Shown: in pieces, positions 1 to 10,476 of the stretch
How positions within the stretch are numbered: position 1 is the first letter of the stretch
Layout: the number at the start of each line of letters is the position of its first letter
DNA from: an uncultured Verrucomicrobiae bacterium
GTDB taxonomy: Bacteria; Verrucomicrobiota; Verrucomicrobiia; Limisphaerales; JAFGQR01
Direction of reading: 5' to 3'
DNA: 64,000 nucleotides
Assembly: GCA_963788655.1 (NCBI GenBank)
Contig: CAWBHS010000049.1
Span: 128,001-192,000 of the forward strand
Position numbers and translations under genes: made by a program
The notes under the pieces: model-generated
The model's input: the letters and a program-made list of their open reading frames with translations, nothing else
What the model was told of the DNA's origin: nothing
Database searches by the model: none

Positions 1-30
1 GTCACTGGTCCAGGTGCTGGGCTATGCGGA

Positions 31-291
31 TCACCAGTTGAATCGGCAGTTCAACGATGAAGAATTGCGCGTTTGGCTGCCGATGATCGAACGGTGGAGC
101 TCCGTGCGTGACAAGCGCAGAAACGCCTCAGGCACCAACGCCGTCGCCTGGAGGGTTTGCCCCGGCGCTTTGCGGGCCATCATCCCGCCGGCCAGATGAC
201 GCAACGCTTCATAAACCGCGGGCAAGAGATCAGCGGCTCGGCCAGCCTGCGCCGGGGAGCCCGGCGCGGAAACTAGGCGCTCTGCTTCCAT
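31..291 (-). pseudogene. Truncated ECF sigma-70 factor remnant (TIGR02999-like N-terminus)
   Basis: DLLPAVYEALRHLAGGMMARKAPGQTLQATALVPEAFLRL matches the LLPxVYxELRxLA...PGQTLQATALVHEAxLRL start of PVC-type ECF sigmas. Similarity is lost after about position 110 and the ORF stops at 86 aa. Confidence 0.65.
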
Positions 292-617
292 GGAGATGGC
301 GATAACTTATCCACAAGCCGGGAAGAATTCAATCAAAAACGCGGCCGCCAGCCTCCATTTCGGCGGTCCCATAGCCGAAGCAGACGGCGTAGCTCGCATG
401 GGCTTCAGCCGGAGCGAATCGACCGGCTTGAGCGCGAAGTCGGAACCATCATTCACTTCCTTGGGTGAAGGCCCGACGCGCGCCGTCCGAAGCGAATGGA
501 CGCCAGGTAAGGTTTGGGCAACGTCATTTCCGGGAGTTGCACAATGGCCGCGGACTCCGCCATCGGCTTAACACGGAAAGCTTGTCAGGCCATCCCGTTT
601 GGAATATCACTCGACTC

Positions 618-2156
618 ATGAAAACAAAACTTCCGCTCCTTCCCGTGCTGTTCGGCGGCCTCCTGCTGTTGGGAGAAATGTCCATGCCGGCCGCGGAACC
701 AGCCCGCGTGGATGTCATCCTTTGGTTTGACACCGAGGACTATTTATTGCCGGCATCCGATGATGCCGTTTTGCGCCTGGCGATGATGCTCACCGAGCGG
801 AACATCCACGCCACATTCAAAGTGGTCGGCGAACGGGCGCGTGTCCTCGAACGTCGCGGTCGGCAGGATGTCATTGCCGCGCTCAAGCAACATTGCCTCG
901 CGTACCACGCGAATTTTCACTCCGTGCATCCGACGCCGTCGGAGTACTTGGCCGATTGCGATCTGTTGGATGGCATGGCGGAATTCATCCGGCGCGAGGG
1001 CGGCGGAGCCGATGACGTGCGACGCGTTTTTAACGTCCCCACCCTGGCGTGCTACGGCCAGCCGGGTTCATCCTGGGCGCCGCAAACCATTACGGCGTTG
1101 AAAGCCATCGGCGTCGCGCCACATGGGGTGCCGTGTTACGTGGATGAAGGCGATCACGTCGGCTTGAATGAAAAGCCGTTTTGGTATGGCGGGGCGCTAA
1201 CGGTTTATCACATGGGGGAGAACTGCACCCGTATGGACTTGCACGATCCTGCCGCCGTCAAACCTGCCCAACAGCGGGTGTCCGCCGTTGCCGAGCGGTT
1301 GCGCGAGGCAGGGGGCGGCCTGATCAGCATCTACTACCATCCGTGCGAATGGGTTCATCGGCAATTCTGGGACGGCGTCAATTTCAGCCGCGGCGCCAAT
1401 CCGCCCCGCGAGCAGTGGAAGATTCCTCCGCAGCGGACGGCGGCCGAAACGGACGGCGCCTTCCAGCGCTTTGGCGAATACATCGACTACATCCGCACCC
1501 TGCCGAACTTGCGCTTCGTGACGGCGAGTGACTTACCGCTGATTTACCCGGACACCGTTCGCTCCGTCGGCGCCACGGAAGATGACTTGAAACAAATCGC
1601 AGCCCGCCTTGCTGCCGCGAGCACGGACGGCATCGGCATGCAGGTGATTGGCATTCGTGCCTATTCGCTGGCCGACCAATTCGAACTCCTCGGCGTGGCC
1701 GTGGGCAAATTAATAGAGGGGAAAACACTTGAGTATCCCAGACCGGCCAAAGGACTTCTTGGCCCGGATCATCCGCCACCCTCGACTTCCAAAATCAAGC
1801 AACTTGACTGGCCGGCCTTTCGCGATGCCGCGCTCGACGTTCGCAACTTCATTGGGGCTGAGCACCGGATCCCGGCGCGGGTGTTTGTCGGCGCCGAAGC
1901 GTTTCCCCCGGCCGATTTTCTCACCGGTCTGGCCGCGGTGTACCACTACTATTGTCAGGAGGGAAAACTTCCGGAGCAAACCGGTGTGACGTTGCGCCAG
2001 GGGCTGGAAGTGCTACCCGCGCGTCATGTCGCCAAAGACACTCCTGGCCTGTTTGGCGGTTGGGTCATTCACCGGGAAGGTTTTCGCGCGCCGAAGATTC
2101 TCGAAGTCGCCCGCCTCCAAGCCTGGACCTTGAAGCCCGCAATTCGGAACGAATAA
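618..2156 (+). CDS. Secreted polysaccharide deacetylase-like (NodB/CE4-fold) protein
   Basis: Long ORF with signal peptide MKTKLPLLPVLFGG. Motifs WFDTED, ATFKVVG, YHANFHSVHP and YYHPCEW resemble metal-dependent deacetylase barrels. Confidence 0.6.
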   Translation: MKTKLPLLPVLFGGLLLLGEMSMPAAEPARVDVILWFDTEDYLLPASDDAVLRLAMMLTERNIHATFKVVGERARVLERRGRQDVIAALKQHCLAYHANFHSVHPTPSEYLADCDLLDGMAEFIRREGGGADDVRRVFNVPTLACYGQPGSSWAPQTITALKAIGVAPHGVPCYVDEGDHVGLNEKPFWYGGALTVYHMGENCTRMDLHDPAAVKPAQQRVSAVAERLREAGGGLISIYYHPCEWVHRQFWDGVNFSRGANPPREQWKIPPQRTAAETDGAFQRFGEYIDYIRTLPNLRFVTASDLPLIYPDTVRSVGATEDDLKQIAARLAAASTDGIGMQVIGIRAYSLADQFELLGVAVGKLIEGKTLEYPRPAKGLLGPDHPPPSTSKIKQLDWPAFRDAALDVRNFIGAEHRIPARVFVGAEAFPPADFLTGLAAVYHYYCQEGKLPEQTGVTLRQGLEVLPARHVAKDTPGLFGGWVIHREGFRAPKILEVARLQAWTLKPAIRNE

Positions 2157-2178
2157 TCCGGATATTTCTCACCCTCTC

Positions 2179-2247
2179 GTAGCTACCGACGAAAGAGGCG
2201 GACTTGAGGCATCGGACCGTGTTCCGTCGCCTCACATCGTCGGTTAC
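2179..2247. repeat. Degenerate GTAG-type REP doublet (REPIN-like)
   Basis: GTAGCTACCGACGAAAGAGGCGGA ... TCCGTCGCCTCACATCGTCGGTTAC form imperfect inverted arms directly after a stop codon. Confidence 0.55.
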
Positions 2248-2411
2248 CGCAACGGCCAGTTGTTAGCGATCACTGGACAGGAAGCTTTCGAATTGCGGAA
2301 GTCGGTCTTCGAATTTCTCGCTCGATTACTTGCAAAAACAGTCGCGTCAACTACCTTACAGGCCGATAAGGCATTAAAACAATTAACGGTTAACCTAAGA
2401 TATAGCTATTC

Positions 2412-2981
2412 ATGAATACTCGAAACACAGTTGGTTCTCTCATTGTGGGCACTTTGTTATGGGGAGCGGGCGCGCTGAGGTCGGCGGAGGCCCCGCCGGA
2501 ACATGGCCATGAGTGGGCCGCCGTCAAACAGGCGGTGGCAGTGCTCCATCCCACGGCGGGCAATACCTGCCACGGGGAAATCCGGTTTACCCAGGTGGGC
2601 GATCAAGTCAAGGTGGTGGCGGACATTGAAGGGCTTACCCCCGGGCAAAAACATGCGATCCACATTCACCAATACGGCGATTGTCAGGCCGCCAACGGCA
2701 CCAGCGCGGGCGGACACTACAATCCGGAAGGTTATCCGCACGGGCTTCCCAATCAGGAACGCCGTCACGCCGGCGACCTGGGTAATCTCCAAGCCGATGC
2801 CAACGGCAAGGCACATCTCGAGCTCACGGTGGACAACATCTCCGTCGCGGGCATGAAGAACCCGATCATTGGGCGCGGGATCATTGTTCACGCGAAACCC
2901 GATGACGGTGGGCAACCCACCGGCAATGCGGGCGCGCGCATCGCCTGCGGCGTCATTGGCATCGCCAATCCCAAATCGTAA
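2412..2981 (+). CDS. sodC: Periplasmic Cu/Zn superoxide dismutase
   Basis: Signal peptide, HAIHIH, AGGHYNP, RHAGDLGN, GRGIIVHA and GNAGARIACGVI. Confidence 0.95.
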   Translation: MNTRNTVGSLIVGTLLWGAGALRSAEAPPEHGHEWAAVKQAVAVLHPTAGNTCHGEIRFTQVGDQVKVVADIEGLTPGQKHAIHIHQYGDCQAANGTSAGGHYNPEGYPHGLPNQERRHAGDLGNLQADANGKAHLELTVDNISVAGMKNPIIGRGIIVHAKPDDGGQPTGNAGARIACGVIGIANPKS

Positions 2982-3012
2982 TCCGCACCAACTGCAACCA
3001 TTCCGATAGAAG

Positions 3013-3043
3013 AGGGCGGCGCAGCAGCGCCGCCCTTGCTTTT
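3013..3043 (+). terminator. Intrinsic terminator-like hairpin after sodC
   Basis: AGGGCGGCGC-AGCA-GCGCCGCCCT followed by TGCTTTT, between convergent genes. Confidence 0.55.
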
Positions 3044-3123
3044 CAGAGTCTGGCGGCGCACCTGAATTGAATGCAGTTTTCGCCACCCGCTGGAGGCCGA
3101 GGCGTTTCGGCAAATACTCAGGT

Positions 3124-4894
3124 TCAGGCGACTTTGACTTTAACCCGGCAGCCTTTGATCTCGGCACGGTTCAATTTGGCAATGATGCGCTGCACATGTT
3201 CCGTTGCCACGTCCACAAACAAGTGACGCTCCCGGATGTCCACCTTGCCAATCACCTTGCCCGGCAAGCCGGTAAGCCCGGCGACAACGTTGACGATGTC
3301 CAACGGAGTAACGTCCATTTGCTTGCCAATGTTGATGTGGAGGCAAGTCTGTTCGTCCGGAGTGCGGCGGGCGGACTTCGGCGGACGAATCGCCTGGGGA
3401 GCCGGGCGGGCGGAACCCGGTGGGGGCGAGGGGGAGCGGGGCACGGCGGCCTTGACCGGCGGTTGCGATGGTTGACGCGGAGGCGGTTCATTCCTCTGCG
3501 GGCGACGAGCGTCTTGGGGCGGGCGAACAGGTGCGCGCTCCCGGTGCCGGGGCGGTTCGACGGGGGGCGGCTTGGCGACGGCAGGTTTGCCGGGGGGCGG
3601 CGCTTCGCCGCTTTGCAGGAGATGGATCAGCGCGGAGGCAATGTCAGTGGAACTGAAGCCTTCTTCCAATAGGTGCTCGATGAGGTGGTCTTGCGGCCTG
3701 AATTCGCCGCTTTGCAGGAGGGCGCGCAGTTTGTCGAGGAACACGCTGGCGCGCGCTTCTTCCACTTCGTGGACCGTCGGCGGCCGGCCGCGTCGGATGC
3801 GCACCTTGGCGTAGCGCTCGATGTTGCGGATCTGAAACATTTCGCGTCCCGACACGAAGGAGATGGCCCTGCCGCTGCGGCCCGCGCGGCCGGTGCGGCC
3901 GATGCGATGCACGTAATCCTCCCCGTCGTAAGGCAGGTCGTAGTTGAAGACCACTTCCACGTCCTCCACGTCAATGCCGCGCGCCGCCACGTCGGTGGCC
4001 ACGAGGAATTCGAGGCCGGACTTGCGGAACTGGTTCATCACGCGGTCGCGCATGGTCTGGCTCATGTCGCCGTGCAGCCGGTCGGCGGAATAACCCTGCG
4101 CTTCGAGATGATCCACCAGGTCGTCCACCATGCGTTTGGTGTTGCAGAAAATGATGCCGAGCTTGAGGTCGTGAAGGTCAATGAGCCGCGTCAGCAATTC
4201 GACTTTGTAGCGGCGGTCCACTTCGTAATAGACCTGCTCGACCGTCGGCACGGTCATCGCCTTTTGCTCGATGCGGACATGCTGCGGATCCCGCGCGAAC
4301 TTCTCGATCAATTCCTGAATCGGCCGCGGCATGGTGGCGGAGAAGAAAACCGTCTGCCGCTCGGCGGGGACCGCTTTCAGAATGAACTCGATGTCGTCGC
4401 GGAAACCCATGTTCAACATCACGTCCGCCTCGTCGAGAATGGCCATCTTCACGGCGTTCAGCCGGAGCGTGCCGCGCTCGCATGTGGTCCATGATGCGGC
4501 CCGGCGTGCCGATGACGATTTGCGCGCCCTGCCGCAGGCCCAGGAGCTGGCGGTCGTAGGATTGGCCGCCATAGATCGGCAGCGCATGAATGCCGCGCTT
4601 GAACAGCGTCAGCTTGTGGATTTCCTCCGAGACCTGCACCGCCAGTTCGCGCGTCGGGCAAAGGATGAGCACCTGCGTCTCGCGTTTTTGCGGATCCACC
4701 TTTTCAATCGCGGGCACCGCAAACGCCGCGGTCTTGCCGGAGCCGGTCTGCGACTGGCCCACGACGTCACGGCCTTGCTGGAGTACGGGAATGGCCTCGG
4801 CCTGAATGGGCGAGGCCTGTTCAAAGCCGAGTTTGTCGATGGCCTTCAGCAATTCGGCGGAAAGGCCCAGTTCGGAAAATAGTTTCGGTGTCAT
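3124..4894 (-). CDS. deaD: DEAD-box RNA helicase (DeaD/CshA-like) with C-terminal DbpA RNA-binding domain; one frameshift near 4481
   Basis: Q motif, QTGSGKT and PTRELA lie in ORF 4178..4894. DEAD, SAT, ARGID and [10 protein letters not shown] lie in ORF 3124..4587. Removing one base near 4481 joins the frames. Confidence 0.88.
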
Positions 4895-5051
4895 CTGCTA
4901 TGTTCTTAAAATACAGCTAACTCAATCTTGTTCATCCGGCAGGCGAAGCGCCCGCTGCAAGTCATGCTGAGCTTGTGGCCGCGAACCAGGACGACGGCAG
5001 AGGTACGACCGCCGGGCAAGTTCGGAAGCTTGGCCTTGATGTCTCGCAGGG

Positions 5052-5449
5052 TCAACCTCCGGCGAACACCGGTCGGAAACCGGCTTGGGTCAGGATCCGG
5101 GCGACTTCCGCGCGCTTGTCGCCCTGAATCTCAATTTGACCGTCCTTCACCGTGCCGCCAGTGCCACAGGCCTTCTGCATGGCTTTGGCGAGCTGCTCTT
5201 TTTCGGGCAGCCCAATGCCAACGAAGTTTTTGACGACGGTCACCGTCTTGCCACCGCGATGCGCTGTCTGCCGCAGGATATCCACCCGGCCACGATGTTT
5301 CCGGGGCGTCCGGAGCCCGCCAGCGGATCCGCCGACTCACCCGTTGCGCGTTCAGGGCCCGGCGGTAGTCCCGCGCTGCCCAATACGGCGAAAGGGTTGT
5401 GCCCAAAGGCCTGACTCTTGTTCGGGTCAACGTGTTTTTTACTACTCAT
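5052..5449 (-). CDS. yciH: Translation initiation factor SUI1 family protein (YciH); frameshift between about 5290 and 5340
   Basis: RGGKTVTVV..KACGTGGTVKDGQIEIQGD in ORF 5052..5285. The N-terminus MSSKKH...HNPFAVL is in another frame starting at 5449. Confidence 0.8.
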
Positions 5450-5757
5450 GACATGGTTGTTCGCATCGGCTTGCTTCGCCATCGAGCCCGGAGCCTCGCG
5501 CTCGGCCACGGTCGTCTGGCGGGAACTTTAACAGCTTCGGCATGGATTTTGGAAGAACGCATTGCCGCAGCGAGCGCCAGGAGCAGGACCGCGCGGGCCC
5601 GAATTTTTCGACCCGAACGACGTGATAACATCCGAGCTGACAAGAATGTCGGCGCGCGGGCCGAATAGTGGGAATCCTCAGAAAAAGGCTCAACTTACCC
5701 TGCCAACTGACGATGCCCTAAGCAGGCAACGTGATGGCCGGTAATGGGCCCGTTGAG

Positions 5758-6498
5758 ATGATGCGCTGGATTCTAAATATTGTGGTCGCGGTCGTAATGC
5801 TCACTTGGTTTTCGTGGGCCTTGGGAGCGCAGGAAACGTTTGAGACCTTGAAGGTGGGCTCCCGGACCTATAGCAATGTCCGAGTCGTCAACCGAACGCC
5901 GCTGGACATTTATATCGCCCACGATGGCGGATTTTCGAATTTGAAGGTCCACGAACTTGATCCCGAGATTCTGGCCGCGCTGGGCTATGAGGTGCAGCCT
6001 GCCCGATCAACGGTTCCGGCCTTGGACTTTTCCAGCCTCCAGAAGAATCCCCGCATTCAAGCCGTGCAAAAAGAATTGGCCGCCCGACTGGAAGGCTCAG
6101 TGCTGAGAATGAATCAGACCACCGTGGCCGGCATGCTGGTGGCGGGTTTCGTGATTTACCTGTTCTTCTGCTATTGCAGTTTGCTGATTTGCCGGCGCAC
6201 CGGCAATGAAGCCGGAATCCTGATCTGGATTCCTGGCCTACAAATGTTTCCACTTTTGCGCGCTGCCGGAATGTCTGGCTGGTGGTTTATCCTGCTTCTG
6301 CTGCCCTTCTTGAACTTGGTCGCCAGCATTGTCTGGTGCCTCAAAATCGCCCAGGCTTGCGGCAAATCAGCCTTGGTCGGAATTCTCCTTATGCTCCCGC
6401 TGGTCGGTTTGTTTGCGTACCTCTATCTGGCTTTTTCCGGCGGCGACGAGGAAGAAGACAGTCTCCAACCCATCAAACTCAATTTGAGCCAGAGCTAA
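5758..6498 (+). CDS. Membrane protein with DUF5684-like C-terminal TM region
   Basis: Signal peptide and soluble domain, then IWIP...LLRAAGMSGWW...ACGKS...YLYLAFS transmembrane pattern. Confidence 0.65.
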   Translation: MMRWILNIVVAVVMLTWFSWALGAQETFETLKVGSRTYSNVRVVNRTPLDIYIAHDGGFSNLKVHELDPEILAALGYEVQPARSTVPALDFSSLQKNPRIQAVQKELAARLEGSVLRMNQTTVAGMLVAGFVIYLFFCYCSLLICRRTGNEAGILIWIPGLQMFPLLRAAGMSGWWFILLLLPFLNLVASIVWCLKIAQACGKSALVGILLMLPLVGLFAYLYLAFSGGDEEEDSLQPIKLNLSQS

Positions 6499-6510
6499 CC
6501 GGCTTTCGGA

Positions 6511-6843
6511 TCAACTGCCTCGCACACTATCGCTCAACCAGTCAAGGTATCGCCGACTGCCGCTTTGCAGTGGCAGGGCGAGAAACTCGGCCGTGTCATA
6601 CGGGTGTTTTTCCAGGATGCATTTTTGCAATGCGACGAGCTTCGCTTTCGGGGTTTTCAAGATCAGGAGCACCTCCGCGCCGTGTTCGAGTTTGCCTTGC
6701 CACCAATAGTGCGACTCGATTTTGGGAATGATGTTGACGCATGCCGCCAGTCGGGCGGTTAACGCGGCCTGGGCCAACATCCGGCCGGTTTTGAGGTCCG
6801 GCGCGGTTACCAGCACCACCGCAAATTTGTCGGCGAGTTTCAT
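6511..6843 (-). CDS. cutA: Divalent-cation tolerance protein CutA
   Basis: RLAACVN, ESHYWWQG, HPYDTAE and YLDWL. Confidence 0.93.
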   Translation of the reverse strand: MKLADKFAVVLVTAPDLKTGRMLAQAALTARLAACVNIIPKIESHYWWQGKLEHGAEVLLILKTPKAKLVALQKCILEKHPYDTAEFLALPLQSGSRRYLDWLSDSVRGS

Positions 6844-6875
6844 GACGATTAGAGAATGGTTCTTCCCCCTCCGGC

Positions 6876-8076
6876 TCACCGAGCTCCGTCCACCACCTGG
6901 CAAATCATTGGTTGCGTCGCCCGGCCCGTGCGTTGCTCATATTGGGTGGCCATCGTCTTGACGAAATCATCCGCCTGATCCCGCCGAACCAAATTGATGG
7001 TAGCGCCGCCGAAACCGCCGCCCGTCAGGCGCGCACCCAGGCAGCCCGGATGAGCCTGGGCCAATTCCACGAGGACGTCGAGTTCTTCGCAACTGTTCTT
7101 GAACGAAGCGCGTGAGCTTTCGTGGCTTTGGAACATATACTGGCCGAATTGCTCAAAGTCACCGTCGCGCAACGCGCGCGCTCCGAAAACGACCCGTTGG
7201 ATTTCGCCGACAATATGGTGGGCGCACTGATATTCGCGCGCGGTCAGTTTGTCCTTGTTCGCCTGCAAATACTGCGTGTCCACCGATCGCAGCGACTTGG
7301 CGCCGAGTTTGAGCGCAGCGGCTTCGCAATACTGGCGCAAGGCGTTGTATTCGCCGGCCACCAATTCGTGTTTCACCCCAGTCTGGCAAACGACCACGGC
7401 AATCTCGCCGATCATGGGCACGTGTTCGACGGCCAGCGACTGGCAATCAATCTCGATGGCGTGGAAGGCGTCGCCAAAGAGCGAGGAGATTTGATCCAAC
7501 AGACCACAGTTGACGCCCACATAATGGTTTTCGGCGGCCTGACACAACTTGGCGATTTCGAGTTTTTCGTGAGGCGCCAGCGGTGGCAATTCACTGTCGG
7601 CGTCAGGAGCCGGAGGAACGGTCATGCCCGTGAGCGTAAGCGTATAGGGGCTCAACCGGCGCAGGGTTAGCGCCGTGGCCACTTCGAGTGCGGCCGAACT
7701 GCTCATGCCGGCGCCGAGCGGAATGGTGCCGTGAATGGCGGCGTTGAAGCCGCGGATCGGGCACGCCGCGTTGCCGCAATTGCAGCAAGACGCCCTTGAG
7801 GTAGTTGGCCCACGGCGCGGCCGGATTTTTCTCGATGGCGGTGGTGCTGAAAGCTTCCTTTTCCGGGAAGGCGGAAGACACCAACTCGATTTTGCCATCG
7901 GTGCGCGGCGAGGCCGCCATGAAGATGTAACGGTCCACCGCCAGCGCCATGACCAGGCCCTGGTTGTAGTCGGTGTGATTGCCGATCAATTCCAATCGAC
8001 CCGGCGCCTGGGTGACATGCGGCGGGGCGTGGCCGAAATGTTGTTTGAACAGTTGGATGACTTCGCGAGTGGGCAT
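6876..8076 (-). CDS. galK: Galactokinase; frameshift near 7759
   Basis: APGRLELIGNHTDYNQG in the upstream frame. PLGAGMSSSAA, CGLLDQ and GARLTGGGFGG in the downstream frame. An extra C in a C-run joins them. Confidence 0.88.
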
Positions 8077-8108
8077 AGGCGGAGAATTAAAGGTGGTTCA
8101 GCGGACGC

Positions 8109-8408
8109 TTACCCGATTCTTTCCCAAAGGGTGATCTGGGGCGCTTCCCCGAACAGTTCGTCCGCCTTGGCCAGGAGTGCGGTCAGATGCGGGCGGGCCA
8201 GGTGATCATCCAGATGTTGCTTGCTGGTCCAGTTTTCGTGGAACAGGAACAGGGTAGGATCATCCGCCGCCTGGTGCAGGTCGTAGTTCACGCAACCCGG
8301 TTCGGCGCGGGTGATTGGGATCAGCGCCAGCAATTCCTGGCGCAATATCTCTTCCTGTCCTGGTTTGGCCTTAAGGCGAGCCACCACCGTAACTGTTTTG
8401 GAATTCAT
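8109..8408 (-). CDS. ABM-domain putative quinol monooxygenase
   Basis: KAKPGQE..TRAEPGCVNYDLH..FLFHENW..HLARPH. Confidence 0.88.
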   Translation of the reverse strand: MNSKTVTVVARLKAKPGQEEILRQELLALIPITRAEPGCVNYDLHQAADDPTLFLFHENWTSKQHLDDHLARPHLTALLAKADELFGEAPQITLWERIG

Positions 8409-8693
8409 AACGTTCCGATCATCAGGCAGAACGCCGGGGTAAGGCAAACGGAAAGCACCGCGGATTGAGCGATGAATCGTCCGAAGATCGAAAAGCTGTG
8501 CTCAGCTTGGCGCAAGTTTCGGCAGCGTTCCTTGATTGCCCGAATGCAATCTCTTGATGCCGCATTGAAAACGCGTGTCCTAAAACACACTTGCCACCTG
8601 GGGCCATTGGCCTACGCTGCTTGAAATCCAAACGCCTTTGCGCCACATCTAGACCGCCGCAACCGGCCTGCGAACGTGCATAAACTGAACAAC

Positions 8694-10361
8694 ATGAAAC
8701 CAATCCTCTTCGCTCTTTTGGCTACCGTCGCCGCGCTTTCAGCGGTAGCTGCCGAACCACTCGCCGCGCCAATCCCGGCACCGGCTAACGCCGCCCAGCT
8801 CGAAGAATGGCGCGCGATGCGCTTCGGCATGTTCATCCACTGGGGTCCCGTCAGTCTCAAAGGCACGGAGATTGGCTGGTCGCGCGGGGCGCAAATCCCC
8901 ATTGCCGAATACGACAAGCTCTACACGAAATTCAACCCGACCAATTTCGACGCGGACGCATGGGTCAAGACCGCCAAAGAGGCCGGCATGAAATATCTGG
9001 TGTTCACCAGCAAACACCATGACGGCTTCTGTATGTGGGACACGAAACAAACCGACTTCAACATCATGCACTCGCCGTTTGCCCGCGACGTGCTCAAAGA
9101 GTTGGCCACTGCCTGCCGGCGCCAGGGCATTGCCTTCAGCACTTACCACTCGGTGTGCGACTGGCATCATCCCGACTTTCCTCGCACCAGTCCCGGCGGA
9201 CGGGTGCGCCGCGAAACATCCAACCTCGACCGCTACGAGCAATACCTGCGGGCCGAAGTGAAAGAACTGATCACCGGCTACGGCCCGCTCCAGGTGATGT
9301 GGTTTGATGTGCCGCAGGAATTTGATCAAAAGCGCGGTTTGGCCCTGGAGCAGTGGACGCGATCTTTGCAACCGGACATCATCATCAACAACCGCAGCGG
9401 TGCCCGCGGCGATTATGACACCCCGGAGCAACGCGTCGGCAAATACCAGGACCAGCGTCCCTGGGAAACCTGCATGACCATCTGCCACCAGTGGGCTTGG
9501 AAACCGGACGATGCGATGAAGTCGCTCGCGCAATGCCTGCAAACGCTGGTGCTGTGCGCCGGCGGCGACGGCAATTTGCTCTTCAACGTTGGCCCGATGC
9601 CCGATGGCCGCATCGAGCCACGCCAAGTTGAACGTCTCCGGGAAATGGGCGCGTGGCTGGCGACTCACGGCGAGAGCATCTACGGCACCCGCGGCGGCCC
9701 TTGGAAGCCGACGCGGAATGTGGCCAGCACTCGGCGGGGAAACACGATTTACCTGCACGTGCTGCACTGGAATGGCGACAATGTTGAATTGCCTGACTTC
9801 GGGCGCAATATCACCGGCGCCACCGTGCTGGGCGGCGGGCAGGCCACGGTGCAGCGGCAGGACGGAAAACTTCTTATCAATGTGCCCGCCGCAAACCGAC
9901 AGGCGATCGATACCATCGTGAAGCTCGACCTCGACGGCTCGGCAATGGAGCTTCCCGCAGTCAAGATACCCAGTGCCGGCGATGTGAAGGCAACTGCTTC
10001 GAACGTGTATCAGAACCAAATGGATAACTTCGGGCCGGACCAGGCGTTTGACAATGATCCGCACACGCGCTGGGCCACTGATACCGGCACCAAGGAGGCC
10101 TGGATTGCCGCCGAATTGACCAAGCCGCGAACCGTGCAGGTCGTGCGCATCCAAGAGGCGGTTCCTTACGACGACCGGGTGCAGCAGTTCGAATTTCAGT
10201 ACCGCGACGACGACACGTGGAAGACGCTGTTCACCGGCAGCCAGTTGGGCGCAAATTTCCAAAAGAAGTTTACCCCGGTCACTGCGCGTGAATTCCGGCT
10301 GCACATCCTGGACGCGACCGAAGGCCCCACCATCGCCGAAATTCAATTGCTCGAGCAATAG
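8694..10361 (+). CDS. Alpha-L-fucosidase (GH29) with C-terminal F5/8 (CBM32-like) domain
   Basis: Signal peptide, RFGMFIHWG, SKHHDGFCMW, MWFD, WETCMT, NLLFNVGP and C-terminal AFDNDPHTRW. Confidence 0.93.
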   Translation: MKPILFALLATVAALSAVAAEPLAAPIPAPANAAQLEEWRAMRFGMFIHWGPVSLKGTEIGWSRGAQIPIAEYDKLYTKFNPTNFDADAWVKTAKEAGMKYLVFTSKHHDGFCMWDTKQTDFNIMHSPFARDVLKELATACRRQGIAFSTYHSVCDWHHPDFPRTSPGGRVRRETSNLDRYEQYLRAEVKELITGYGPLQVMWFDVPQEFDQKRGLALEQWTRSLQPDIIINNRSGARGDYDTPEQRVGKYQDQRPWETCMTICHQWAWKPDDAMKSLAQCLQTLVLCAGGDGNLLFNVGPMPDGRIEPRQVERLREMGAWLATHGESIYGTRGGPWKPTRNVASTRRGNTIYLHVLHWNGDNVELPDFGRNITGATVLGGGQATVQRQDGKLLINVPAANRQAIDTIVKLDLDGSAMELPAVKIPSAGDVKATASNVYQNQMDNFGPDQAFDNDPHTRWATDTGTKEAWIAAELTKPRTVQVVRIQEAVPYDDRVQQFEFQYRDDDTWKTLFTGSQLGANFQKKFTPVTAREFRLHILDATEGPTIAEIQLLEQ

Positions 10362-10476
10362 GGGCATTCGAATTGCCCACTGAGCCATGACGGGTCGATC
10401 GAGGTTGGATGGTGCTGCTGCCGCCCAACGATCGGCGAGTTGAAATTCAGTCTTGTTTCGGCCTTCGAATTTGCAG

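Noticed and set aside
307..315. Perfect DnaA box TTATCCACA
   Set aside because: Single copy with no box cluster, AT-rich unwinding element or dnaA/dnaN nearby; not enough to call an origin.
4470..4495. Programmed frameshifting in the helicase, galK, purA or uppS genes
   Set aside because: No slippery heptamers or stimulatory structures are evident, and the indels are scattered; sequence error is more parsimonious.
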